Shown here: in pieces, positions 1 to 8,335 of the stretch
Numbering within the stretch: the stretch's first letter is position 1
Layout of the letters: each line of letters starts with the position of its first letter
Virus record (IMG/VR): IMGVR_UViG_3300009506_000006
Coordinates: 40,171 to 104,170 of that record
DNA: 64,000 bases
Source of the DNA: a virus
Strand: one strand, 5' to 3'
Position numbers and translations under genes: made by a program
The notes under the pieces: generated by a model
Databases searched by the model: none
What the model saw: the letters and a program-made list of their open reading frames with translations, nothing else
What the model was told of the DNA's origin: nothing

Positions 1-430
1 AAGCGTAAGCCGTTGTGCGCCACTCACTGGGCGAAACCAGGCGTGACCGATATCGATTGACCATGTTCAGCGCGTCGTCTCCGTCTGTTTCGCTGTTAGA
101 GCCATAGTCATCCATACCGTCTTCCAACCCGGACATGGTATTGCCGCTGATGCTCCACGGAGGATATTGCTCGTTCCACAGCTTAACGCCATGTACCTCC
201 GCTATTTTTGGGCTGCCCATAGCGCGATAGCACAATGAATGCAGCGTACCGACATTCTGGGGATCCACGGTTGCTTTGGCTGCTGCCAATTCGTGAGCGG
301 CTGCTTTGGAAAATGACGTCACCACAACCCTGTCGCTTCCAAAGCGTTCCACAGCTGGCGGAACCGCTTTTTCCATCAGATACGTCGTCTTTCCACAGCC
401 TGGCGGCCCGAATATTTTTCGTTCTTCCAT
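1..430 (-). CDS. UvrD/Rep-like superfamily 1 DNA helicase, N-terminal part (runs off left edge; absent from ORF track)
   Basis: Manual translation from ATG at 430: MEERKIFGPPGCGKTTYL (Walker A)...VVVTSFSKAAAHEL (motif Ia)...VGTLHSLCYRA (motif Ib). Confidence 0.9.
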   Translation of the reverse strand, partial: MEERKIFGPPGCGKTTYLMEKAVPPAVERFGSDRVVVTSFSKAAAHELAAAKATVDPQNVGTLHSLCYRAMGSPKIAEVHGVKLWNEQYPPWSISGNTMSGLEDGMDDYGSNSETDGDDALNMVNRYRSRLVSPSEWRTTAYA

Positions 431-670
431 TTTTGCTTTATATAAGGTCTTACAAAATGCTTATTTGCTGATTTTGGGGTCCATAACTACCGCAATATTC
501 AATATCAAAATATATAAAGCAGCTTATAAGTATAAAATAAGCATAAAAAAATTGGACTTAACATATTGATATAATTATTATAAGCATAACAAGTACCATG
601 TTTAGAAAAATTTTTAGAAAAAAATTTTTTTCAGCCCTATATATAAGGGAAAATTTCAAAACATGCTTAT
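431..670. promoter_or_regulatory. Putative replication origin (AT-rich intergenic region with short repeats)
   Basis: Very AT-rich gap between primase and helicase; TAAGCAT motif about 4 times in both orientations, tandem TTTAGAAAAA, palindrome CCCT-ATATATA-AGGG. Confidence 0.45.
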
Positions 671-2379
671 GGGCTAAACAGGTCGTCGCGGAAGATGTTC
701 TGTGGTACCCAAATTACGAGCAGGTTCTTTTGCTTGCCATCCACAGTTGGCTGGATCCTGCTTTGCTTGCATCCTATCTGGACAAGGCGTTTGTTCATGT
801 CCGGGACAGACAGCACGCCGTACTCTTCGGAAACAATCCACTTGATAAGCGATTTGGTGAAAATGTAAATCTCGCCCTTGAACGTAATGGGATCTTTATT
901 CTTGAGCCCGCTTTCAACGATAACTGGCGGGAACTCGTCAAGATAGTCCAGCGTCCAGTTGCGTGTCTGGGTGTGCACCGTGGATTCTTCGCTGACAGCC
1001 CGCGTCTCCATGATAGCGCTTAGCATTCGCGTCACTTCGAACCAGACTTTCTTTTTGATGTCCGGCATAATCACGTCTGATTTTTTCCCGATGTTTGATT
1101 TGAACAGCCGAAATTTCTCCCAATCGTCGAATGTCTTAAACGATGAAACGACAGTGCGTCCGGCAATCGGTTCAAATTGCAAATGATAACTGGGCTCTTC
1201 CTGGTCCCATTTGACGAACTCGACGATTCTGTGCAGGCGCAGGACTTTAGCTATGCTGTCCTTGACAATTACCGGATCGTCGCTGCAGTACGACGTGCCC
1301 TGTAAAATAGCTGCTGTGGATATGCCCTGCTCCGCGTCTTCACGCTCGATGTTTTGCCGTGACTCGACAATTGTCCGGGCATAGTATTGTTTGTTGTCGA
1401 ATTTGAGCGGTGTCTTGTGCTTATTCCGAAACGCGATGAGCAGGTTCAGGATTTCCTGGTCGCTCCATCCGCACATGATGGCAAAGTGCGCCAGGGAATG
1501 GTCATATTCAGACGGAGAGTCCGCCTTGAGGTCATTGCGTTCCATTCTCCATGTATGCGTGAATCTCGGATCGAACGCATCGAACAAGTCATGGAGCCGG
1601 TCAACGTCGATGGCGGGATTGGGGTTGAACACCAGGCTCCCCAGGACTTCATGAATTTTATCCGACGATATCGCTACTTCGATAGTCTTGTTCGGCTCCG
1701 ATTCTGCAGCCGTCAGTTCTTTGGCCACAGTCAACACTTCATCCAGATCCTCCGGGTTGTACGCCTGATCTGTGGCCTTGAGCAACACGACGTCGACTTC
1801 ACAGTCATTCTTGCAGTTCTTGGTGCCCGGGATTCGAAGTATGCGTGCCAAGTCATGCGTACCGTCGATTGTATGCCCGCGCAGGCGTAGCGTCTCCAGC
1901 AGCCGCAACTCGAGATGCGCAGCCCGGCGCCTGTCTTCATCTGACTCGAATATCCACGGCTCCTTGAACAGCCACCAGCAGTGTAATCCGTACCCCGAAT
2001 GCACAATGAGCGTTGGATCCCAGCCTTGTCCAGTAACAATGCCGAGCGCGGTGTTGAGATCCGGCGCGTAGTTCTTGCCCTTGTGGGCTTGATCGTGCTT
2101 GATATCGATATCGGCCCAAAGCCCGACGATCCCGGCGGTTTGATTGGCTTTACAGCGGATATACGCTATCGACTCGCCGTTGTTGCCAACCAGTGTGCGG
2201 GGATCCGGCGACAGCGCCACACCGACGTAGACTTCTTTGGGTTTTTTGAGCGCATAACGGCCGGCTTTGACCGGGTCGGTGAACCAATGGCTGGTTTGGG
2301 TGCGCATGTGGTGAATCAGGATGTATAACTCGTTGGGCTTGTTGCCGAACAACCTGGATAAAAAATTATCTGGAGTCAT
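667..2379 (-). CDS. Archaeo-eukaryotic primase superfamily (RepB-like) primase-polymerase
   Basis: AEP motifs WADID, HSGYGLHCWW, HDLARILRIPGT; helical primase C-terminal region (SPSEYDHSLAHF); no Walker A. Confidence 0.85.
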   Translation of the reverse strand: MTPDNFLSRLFGNKPNELYILIHHMRTQTSHWFTDPVKAGRYALKKPKEVYVGVALSPDPRTLVGNNGESIAYIRCKANQTAGIVGLWADIDIKHDQAHKGKNYAPDLNTALGIVTGQGWDPTLIVHSGYGLHCWWLFKEPWIFESDEDRRRAAHLELRLLETLRLRGHTIDGTHDLARILRIPGTKNCKNDCEVDVVLLKATDQAYNPEDLDEVLTVAKELTAAESEPNKTIEVAISSDKIHEVLGSLVFNPNPAIDVDRLHDLFDAFDPRFTHTWRMERNDLKADSPSEYDHSLAHFAIMCGWSDQEILNLLIAFRNKHKTPLKFDNKQYYARTIVESRQNIEREDAEQGISTAAILQGTSYCSDDPVIVKDSIAKVLRLHRIVEFVKWDQEEPSYHLQFEPIAGRTVVSSFKTFDDWEKFRLFKSNIGKKSDVIMPDIKKKVWFEVTRMLSAIMETRAVSEESTVHTQTRNWTLDYLDEFPPVIVESGLKNKDPITFKGEIYIFTKSLIKWIVSEEYGVLSVPDMNKRLVQIGCKQSRIQPTVDGKQKNLLVIWVPQNIFRDDLFSP

Positions 2380-2689
2380 GTGGTCCTTCTGGTGCAGTAA
2401 ATGAGTTCACGTCAACCCCGTCCACTGAGTCGAAAGACTGAATGATACGAAAATACTGCTTGATTCGATCCATCCTGACACAAAAGATACATGAATCGTT
2501 TTTTAACTTGGGAAATTCCTGCACAAAGGTTTCAGGCTTGTAGATCAGATAGTACTGCAAATCATCTCTTGATCCATAACTTAAATATAAAACTGCGACG
2601 TAAATGCGCATGTGTTTGAATATGAATTTATAAGCAAGATCCGACGTTGGACTCTGAATATAAATCAGCTTGAGAATTGTCATGCGCAT
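2366..2689 (-). CDS. Hypothetical protein
   Basis: ORF overlaps both neighbours in the co-directional operon. Confidence 0.55.
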   Translation of the reverse strand: MRMTILKLIYIQSPTSDLAYKFIFKHMRIYVAVLYLSYGSRDDLQYYLIYKPETFVQEFPKLKNDSCIFCVRMDRIKQYFRIIQSFDSVDGVDVNSFTAPEGPHDSR

Positions 2690-2931
2690 GTATGCTTAAT
2701 TATTTTAAAATATCGCTTGAAGGCATTGCTAAATATATGTTGTGAAGTTGCGTATTTGGCCCCGGGCAGCGGAGAGTCGTCCAGCGTGGATACATCATAA
2801 ACGCATCGACTTTCTTTTGAACTCCAAGAAATTAGTTGAGCGCAGTAAGGATGAAATTGTTTGTAATGGACATTCTCAGCAAGTTCGGGAATTAGTTTTT
2901 TATCGACGTCCTTAATGCAGATGACAATCAT
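2680..2931 (-). CDS. Hypothetical protein
   Basis: Co-directional ORF overlapping the next gene. Confidence 0.55.
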   Translation of the reverse strand: MIVICIKDVDKKLIPELAENVHYKQFHPYCAQLISWSSKESRCVYDVSTLDDSPLPGAKYATSQHIFSNAFKRYFKIIKHTCA

Positions 2932-2968
2932 ACCGATTGTACCTCAAGTTTCTTGCTTTAAGCAAGAA

Positions 2969-3286
2969 TTAATCATAAATAGAAAAGCTGTCTATCGACA
3001 AAGGAGAAACTCCAACGTATGCTGCCGTTGCGCAAGAGAAGCCGGATGGTGCCTGATAACTCTTGAAGCGCTCCGCAATTTCCGAATTTTCGCACATGGC
3101 CCAGCGTGTTTCGGTACGGTGGCATTCTGAACATTCCCGTGATTGCAGGCATTGGTGCTGTGCGTCTGGCATACCGGCCTCGTAATATCCGATTACGTCT
3201 TGGCACATTGTTATCACCCAGTCTTGCCAGCAGTGATACTCACCGCCCAGGCGTTCTCACAAATGACGGCGTAGTGGCTTGCTCAT
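2969..3286 (-). CDS. Cys-rich protein with in-frame TGA at codon 10 (readthrough/selenoprotein candidate or nonsense pseudogene)
   Basis: ATG at 3286 overlaps upstream stop (ATGA); MSKPLRRHL*ERLGGEYHCWQDW continues in frame into ORF 2969..3217. Confidence 0.45.
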
Positions 3287-3681
3287 TGCATGCTCCATCG
3301 TTTCAGAATTGCCTCAGCTTCAGGAGATTGCCGGGTAATTTGAACTCCATTGATCCGCAGCAGCGCGATAAATGCTTGCGTAACCGAGCGCTTGGCCGGT
3401 TTGAAGCTGTCCGCCACGGATTTCCTGTAACCCGAAACAGTGTAGACCAAAGAGCCATCCCAGACATATGGCCGCAGGCTTGCCGGACAAGACTGGTCCA
3501 AGTAGCGATATCTTGGCCACAGATGCATGTCCAATGGAAAACCACAGTTCGCGCAGATAGTGTAGCCATGCAGGGGCAGCCACCGCAGTCTTGCCTCACC
3601 GTTATATGTGCTGAGCAAATATTTAGCTGCGTCGGCGAGGCTTATCTTGCGCCCTCGCTTGAATTTGATCAAATCACTCAT
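3283..3681 (-). CDS. CCHC zinc-finger paralog family A, member 1
   Basis: ICANCGFPLDMH...C and C-terminal AFIALLRINGV. Confidence 0.8.
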   Translation of the reverse strand: MSDLIKFKRGRKISLADAAKYLLSTYNGEARLRWLPLHGYTICANCGFPLDMHLWPRYRYLDQSCPASLRPYVWDGSLVYTVSGYRKSVADSFKPAKRSVTQAFIALLRINGVQITRQSPEAEAILKRWSMQ

Positions 3682-4046
3682 ACTGAAAGACAGCTCTCTT
3701 TAATCTTAGAAAAGACAGCTCCCTTTAATCTTAGATACGCCATGAAGGCCTCGGTCTTGCCGTTAGTATCCCGTTCGAACTTCTTGGTGCGGTAATGATT
3801 GACTCTGGGTCCGCTCCAGCGGTATTGTGATGTACACCGTCGTCCCCAGGCATACCACTCATGCGACACGCTCGATGGGCACCCTACCATGATTCCCCAT
3901 GGAGACAGATGCATGCCGTACGGATACCCGCAGTTTGCGCATATCTCGAATCTGTCGTGGCGTTTGTATTGGGCATCATTGATAAAGCTTTTGTCGATGG
4001 CGATGATTTCAGCAAAAGTTGGCTGCCATTTGATTTTGTCTGCCAT
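3678..4046 (-). CDS. CCHC zinc-finger paralog family A, member 2
   Basis: ICANCGYPYGMH...C and AFMAYLRLKGA. Confidence 0.8.
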   Translation of the reverse strand: MADKIKWQPTFAEIIAIDKSFINDAQYKRHDRFEICANCGYPYGMHLSPWGIMVGCPSSVSHEWYAWGRRCTSQYRWSGPRVNHYRTKKFERDTNGKTEAFMAYLRLKGAVFSKIKESCLSV

Positions 4047-4058
4047 GGTGTTCCTCCT

Positions 4059-4400
4059 TTATTCACAAACCTGAATGCCATGCAATCGCAGCATGGTAAT
4101 GATCCATGTGACTTGATGCTGGTTGTTAAGTTTAGGTTGAAAATAATTGATCTTAGAAAAGCGTCCATCATAGATGCGCATGACTTTACGATATTTTGGA
4201 CAGTGTGAAGCATTGTGTTCGCCCTGATGCCAATGGCAATTCCGGCATATTTGAAGCGCTGAAAATTTGATCGGATATTTTCGATAGCCGCAATCGTAAT
4301 CAAGCAGTATCTGCTGCAGATTGCGCTTGAGGTATTGAGGAACTTGCTTCATTGTCATAGCAACGTTACTCCATGCAGTCGAAACATGGCTATCAGCCAA
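4059..4400 (-). CDS. CCHC zinc-finger paralog family A, member 3
   Basis: ICRNCHWHQGEH...C and WIITMLRLHGI. Confidence 0.8.
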   Translation of the reverse strand: MADSHVSTAWSNVAMTMKQVPQYLKRNLQQILLDYDCGYRKYPIKFSALQICRNCHWHQGEHNASHCPKYRKVMRIYDGRFSKINYFQPKLNNQHQVTWIITMLRLHGIQVCE

Positions 4401-4678
4401 CGTTCTTCGATACTGTCTTCTAACCGGCGGAAATGTGAATCACGCGCGAAGTAAGCACAACCATGTGTGTTGACGATGCAGCGATGCTTTACAATTGAAT
4501 GATATCCGTATGAAAACCCACAATTTGCGCAGATCTCGCACCACTTTCGTTTATAAGCTATTTGCCCGGGATAATAGGATCCAATTAAAGCGTGTGCTAA
4601 AGCGCCTTGGAAGAATTGACGAACTACAGGTCTAATGATTTGTTTTTCCATAAGATACAACCAATCGCGCAAAATCAC
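4355..4678 (-). CDS. CCHC zinc-finger paralog family A, member 4
   Basis: ICANCGFSYGYH...C and WLIAMFRLHGV. Confidence 0.8.
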   Translation of the reverse strand: MILRDWLYLMEKQIIRPVVRQFFQGALAHALIGSYYPGQIAYKRKWCEICANCGFSYGYHSIVKHRCIVNTHGCAYFARDSHFRRLEDSIEERWLIAMFRLHGVTLL

Positions 4679-4899
4679 GCAAACAAATGTATGATTTGTA
4701 TGGCAGTAGATCCGACCAGAATTCCCCAGTAAAATGACTTTCTTTCGAATCTCTTGATCATGGCGATAGCCAGGTCGTCGATATAATACCGGCGTTGGTT
4801 AAATATAATGGTGTCCGGTGTATTCATTCTTAACATCCTATACGAGGTGGATTCATTGTAACTTTCTTGCCACGCAAGCGCAGCATGGAAGCTAACCAT
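4675..4899 (-). CDS. Small protein with C-terminal hydrophobic helix
   Basis: C-terminal FYWGILVGSTAIQIIHLFA; overlaps neighbours. Confidence 0.5.
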   Translation of the reverse strand: MVSFHAALAWQESYNESTSYRMLRMNTPDTIIFNQRRYYIDDLAIAMIKRFERKSFYWGILVGSTAIQIIHLFA

Positions 4900-5099
4900 A
4901 CTTGCTCTTCATCGGTGTCTTGTGGACAAAATCCTTGGCTGCATAAAGGCGTTGAATGAAATCCGTAGCGCTGTCCGCAGTGTTTGCAAATGCATAAATG
5001 ACCATAATAATATGGATGATATACAGTGTTACGATCAATGCCGCGTATAATCTCTTCCAGTATGGCTTTAAGTTTCCGTAAACGATCGTCCGATATCAT
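4830..5099 (-). CDS. CCHC zinc-finger paralog family A, member 5
   Basis: ICKHCGQRYGFH...C and WLASMLRLRGK. Confidence 0.8.
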   Translation of the reverse strand: MISDDRLRKLKAILEEIIRGIDRNTVYHPYYYGHLCICKHCGQRYGFHSTPLCSQGFCPQDTDEEQVWLASMLRLRGKKVTMNPPRIGC

Positions 5100-5218
5100 T
5101 TATCCCCCCCTACCCTGTGCCCCCCCAAATATTTTGTAAACTCCGCTGCCCGGCCGGCCCGGCTAATAGCCTCCCTCCAGTTGTCAGCCTACCCGGGGGT
5201 ATCGAACCGGGAAGCGGG

Positions 5219-5458
5219 TTATTTTTCTACTAATTTAAAGCCATGCAGTCGCAGCAGTGCTTGAAATGCCGTAGTTTTTTCGCGATCATGCTGATTTTTA
5301 ATATCTTCAACGCTATATTGATTACAGCCTTCCCTGTTATGTCGTCCGCTTCGCATGCCGCAGTGGGGACAAATATAGGACCATTTAATAAGATATTCCG
5401 GATTAGTAAGTTTCAACTCTTTGACCTGCAGCAGTTGTTCGTGTAGAGAATGTTTCAT
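5219..5458 (-). CDS. CCHC zinc-finger paralog family A, member 6
   Basis: ICPHCGMRSGRH...C and AFQALLRLHGF. Confidence 0.8.
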   Translation of the reverse strand: MKHSLHEQLLQVKELKLTNPEYLIKWSYICPHCGMRSGRHNREGCNQYSVEDIKNQHDREKTTAFQALLRLHGFKLVEK

Positions 5459-5721
5459 TTCAGTTTGACCCCATGCAGCCGCAACAGCGCCCTAAACGCT
5501 TTGGTTTTTTGGACATCTTCAATAAATGTCGGCTTTTCTTGGTAATAGCAGCGCGCAATGTAACCTTTACCGATGTTGGAATAGTGATCGCCACGCGTCT
5601 TGCCACATAATTTGCAGAGAGCGGAATATTCCAGTCTGTGATCACGCATTCCGTACGGTGGTCTATCAGACATGGCATTTTGAATGTAGTACTGCACGAG
5701 TTCCTTCAGTGAGCGGTCCAT
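5455..5721 (-). CDS. CCHC zinc-finger paralog family A, member 7
   Basis: LCKLCGKTRGDH...C and AFRALLRLHGV. Confidence 0.8.
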   Translation of the reverse strand: MDRSLKELVQYYIQNAMSDRPPYGMRDHRLEYSALCKLCGKTRGDHYSNIGKGYIARCYYQEKPTFIEDVQKTKAFRALLRLHGVKLK

Positions 5722-5995
5722 ATATCAATTCGTTCCAATGAGGATTTCGTTCGGTGTAAACCTCGACTCCGTGGATACGCAGATAAGCAATGGCTACATT
5801 GAGATGTTTTTCAAAATCAATTTCAGGTTTGAATTTTAGTGTCGGATGGCCTCGGGTGCACTGGCCATCACAGTGCGCACCACGCCGCAACCCGCAATGT
5901 GCACACAGCACCAGATAGGCGCTGTTGTACGTCATCCGGCGTATTTTGTTTTCTTCTATAATTTCACCGTACAGCTCACGCAGACTTGCCGCCAT
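5666..5995 (-). CDS. CCHC zinc-finger paralog family A, member 8 (likely start MAASLRE at 5995)
   Basis: LCAHCGLRRGAH...C and AIAYLRIHGV. Confidence 0.8.
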   Translation of the reverse strand: MAASLRELYGEIIEENKIRRMTYNSAYLVLCAHCGLRRGAHCDGQCTRGHPTLKFKPEIDFEKHLNVAIAYLRIHGVEVYTERNPHWNELIYGPLTEGTRAVLHSKCHV

Positions 5996-6479
5996 GCCGA
6001 TAACTCCGTCCTTGGTTGTATTCATGCTTGGCTTTGATTTCAGCCTCAATATCGATGCCCCAACCGCGGGCAGCGTCCAGAGTGCGAATTATAATGTCAG
6101 CCAACTCGGCGCCCAGGCTGTTAGTGTTGTCATGCACATCGTTGCGATGGGCTTCGAGAGCTTCGGAAACCTCGCTGTGTATCAGTGCCAGAACTTCTGG
6201 AATATTGCGTTGGCGGGAGATCTGGATCAGATCCAGGAAAGCAGTGAGAATCTTGAGGATTTTATCGACGTTGAGCGTGATGTATTCATCGTCATGGCTG
6301 CATTCCATGTCTCCACTTGATTGTGGATTTGCTATGCAGTACTGAATCCTGGAGCGGTATTCCATGATTAGTTGATACCACTGTTTCAGATTCATGCCGT
6401 CGATTTTGATCGGAGAATCCCACCAGCCCTTGTCACGGGCTATTTGATGGATGTCGCTGGCTATGTCGTTGATGTCCAT
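5976..6479 (-). CDS. MazG-like nucleotide pyrophosphohydrolase with internal insertion
   Basis: LALIHSEVSEALEAHR...GAELADIIIRTLD...IKAKHEYNQGRSYRHGGK. Confidence 0.85.
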   Translation of the reverse strand: MDINDIASDIHQIARDKGWWDSPIKIDGMNLKQWYQLIMEYRSRIQYCIANPQSSGDMECSHDDEYITLNVDKILKILTAFLDLIQISRQRNIPEVLALIHSEVSEALEAHRNDVHDNTNSLGAELADIIIRTLDAARGWGIDIEAEIKAKHEYNQGRSYRHGGKSA

Positions 6480-7045
6480 TGGTGTCCTTTAAAGTTTGGA
6501 TGTTCATATATGATCCCGCCGTACTTCTTATTGCTATGCCTAATTTGCAAAATGTTTTCAGTTAGAATCAAGTCACCAGTACAACTGCAACGATTATATA
6601 CCATTATGAAGCTTTTCAATGGTCCAGTTGTGTTGCGGACATATCCAGAGCAGATCCCGGAGCCGGGAATTGTATCGAACGGCTCGCCAGTTTCGAGATT
6701 ACCGTAAGTAATGGTAAGGCGGTTGTGCAAAAATTTGTTGACAGCAAGATGACGATGGATACTTGGTGGAGTTTTGACTGAAACATAAATAAGCTCAGGG
6801 ATGTTGGACACGCCGTACAAGTTATACTTGGTTGCACCGTACATGCCATACTTGGTTGGCGCATAATGCAGATTACCGTTTTGATCGATTAAAATGCGCG
6901 ATTTGCATGCCGGGCACCACCGTGCTTGGAGTTGGTGTTGTTCTAGCTCAGACTTAAGATGTGCAGAGCCATGGAATGTTGAATCAGGAGGTGTTTCTAA
7001 CTGATGGAAACCCTTTTCACACAACTTCTTGCGTAGATCACTCAT
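6461..7045 (-). CDS. Hypothetical protein (CxxC motif)
   Basis: 194-aa ORF tightly packed in the operon; WCPACK. Confidence 0.6.
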   Translation of the reverse strand: MSDLRKKLCEKGFHQLETPPDSTFHGSAHLKSELEQHQLQARWCPACKSRILIDQNGNLHYAPTKYGMYGATKYNLYGVSNIPELIYVSVKTPPSIHRHLAVNKFLHNRLTITYGNLETGEPFDTIPGSGICSGYVRNTTGPLKSFIMVYNRCSCTGDLILTENILQIRHSNKKYGGIIYEHPNFKGHQWTSTT

Positions 7046-7227
7046 CGTTTACCCAAACGTTTTCGGCGTTCTAGTTTGGCTGCTTTGCGCTCTTCAAACC
7101 GCCTCTGTTTCTCGATGCGACGCGCTTTGTTTTTCTCCCGGCGTCCCTCCAATGTGTAACGCTGGTGGCTGGGTTTGCGTTTGGAGCGTCCTTTCTTTCT
7201 GCCTCCTCCGCCTGCTTTGCTCGCCAT
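7042..7227 (-). CDS. Small highly basic protein
   Basis: Lys/Arg-rich 61 aa, GGAG RBS, 4-bp overlap with next gene. Confidence 0.55.
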   Translation of the reverse strand: MASKAGGGGRKKGRSKRKPSHQRYTLEGRREKNKARRIEKQRRFEERKAAKLERRKRLGKR

Positions 7228-7398
7228 GACGTGTACCTCCCTTCTTGAATTTGATATTATCGTAAATCATTCCGCATACCAAGCACAGCTGTTTGCCATC
7301 ACACCAGCGTATAGCGCCTATAGCAGGTTTGCCACAGTCGTTACAGATATATGCCTTGCTTGTTGAGCGAGGTTGAGTATCCACCATTCGTATTAAAT

Positions 7399-7425
7399 CG
7401 CCGGACTCCGAGACGGAGCCCGGCG
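7399..7425 (-). terminator. GC-rich hairpin, putative intrinsic terminator
   Basis: CGCCGGGCTCCG-TCT-CGGAGTCCGGCG followed by ATTTAAT, downstream of the SSB-like gene. Confidence 0.5.
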
Positions 7426-7462
7426 TCTTGTGTAGGTTAACTTTCAGTAAGAACTTAGACCA

Positions 7463-8251
7463 TTAAAAAGCCTGGCTCTCCTCACCTTCAGCCATCGGGA
7501 TGTCTCCCAGCGGATCGAACTCTTCACCGTTTTCAATATTCATTTGGTTGGCCATTTCGTGAATGGCGTTGGTCATGGATGGCGCCATGGATTGAGCATA
7601 GGCATCTACTGCGTCAATATCAGGCACGTCTCCGGCGTAGAACATCTGCAGTTCGGTGTTGCGCTTACCCTTTGCCAAAGTGAACCTGGTGATAACATGC
7701 GGATAGCGCTTGTGCAATCTGCCAAGATCTTTGCTAAGATAACGCTTAGCACGCTTCAGGGATGTCGGCGGCACGTTGATGATTGTGGGTACGCCGCCGG
7801 TGTTGGGTAGCACGGTGCACAGCAACCGATACATTTTGCAGCCCTGTGCTTTGGTTTTGTTGCCTTTGGCGTCTTCCGCGGATCCAAACCGGCTCAACGG
7901 ACAATTGGAACATTTCCCGCCGCACTTGCTGGCCGGTTCACCGTATCCATTGATCCCGTCCGGGCTGAAGCAATCCGGGGGTACGCCTTCACCGCTGTAC
8001 GCTTCTCTGTAGTAGCGCCGAATGATGGCGGTGTGGAAGATGATTCCTTGAAATTCATCGACAAATTCTCCGTCCGGGAGTTCGAATTGCAGACCTTCGC
8101 GCGGGATAGTGATGCGATCGAGATCCATAATCCCGAACGTGTCTCCACCCAGATTGTATTGAATGATGTCCTGCACATTACCGTCTTTGTTGACGATATC
8201 GAACTGATCGAACGGTACCACCGCCATGATTTCTGGTTTGCTGTTTTTCAT
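7463..8251 (-). CDS. Putative phage ssDNA-binding/recombination protein with Zn site and acidic tail
   Basis: PPDCFSPDG..G.GEP...C..CP...FGS...CK..RLL; acidic C-terminus EEFDPLGDIPMAEGEESQAF; replication context. Confidence 0.6.
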   Translation of the reverse strand: MKNSKPEIMAVVPFDQFDIVNKDGNVQDIIQYNLGGDTFGIMDLDRITIPREGLQFELPDGEFVDEFQGIIFHTAIIRRYYREAYSGEGVPPDCFSPDGINGYGEPASKCGGKCSNCPLSRFGSAEDAKGNKTKAQGCKMYRLLCTVLPNTGGVPTIINVPPTSLKRAKRYLSKDLGRLHKRYPHVITRFTLAKGKRNTELQMFYAGDVPDIDAVDAYAQSMAPSMTNAIHEMANQMNIENGEEFDPLGDIPMAEGEESQAF

Positions 8252-8335
8252 GTAGCTGCGACTCCTTTTCTTGTGTTTTGGTTTTTGGATTTCAGTTCTC
8301 AGCTCTCATGGTGTAACTCCGGCACCACCTCCTTT

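Noticed and set aside
5180-5215. tRNA fragment suggested by GGTTCGATACC on the minus strand
   Set aside because: No acceptor, D or anticodon arm can be built around it
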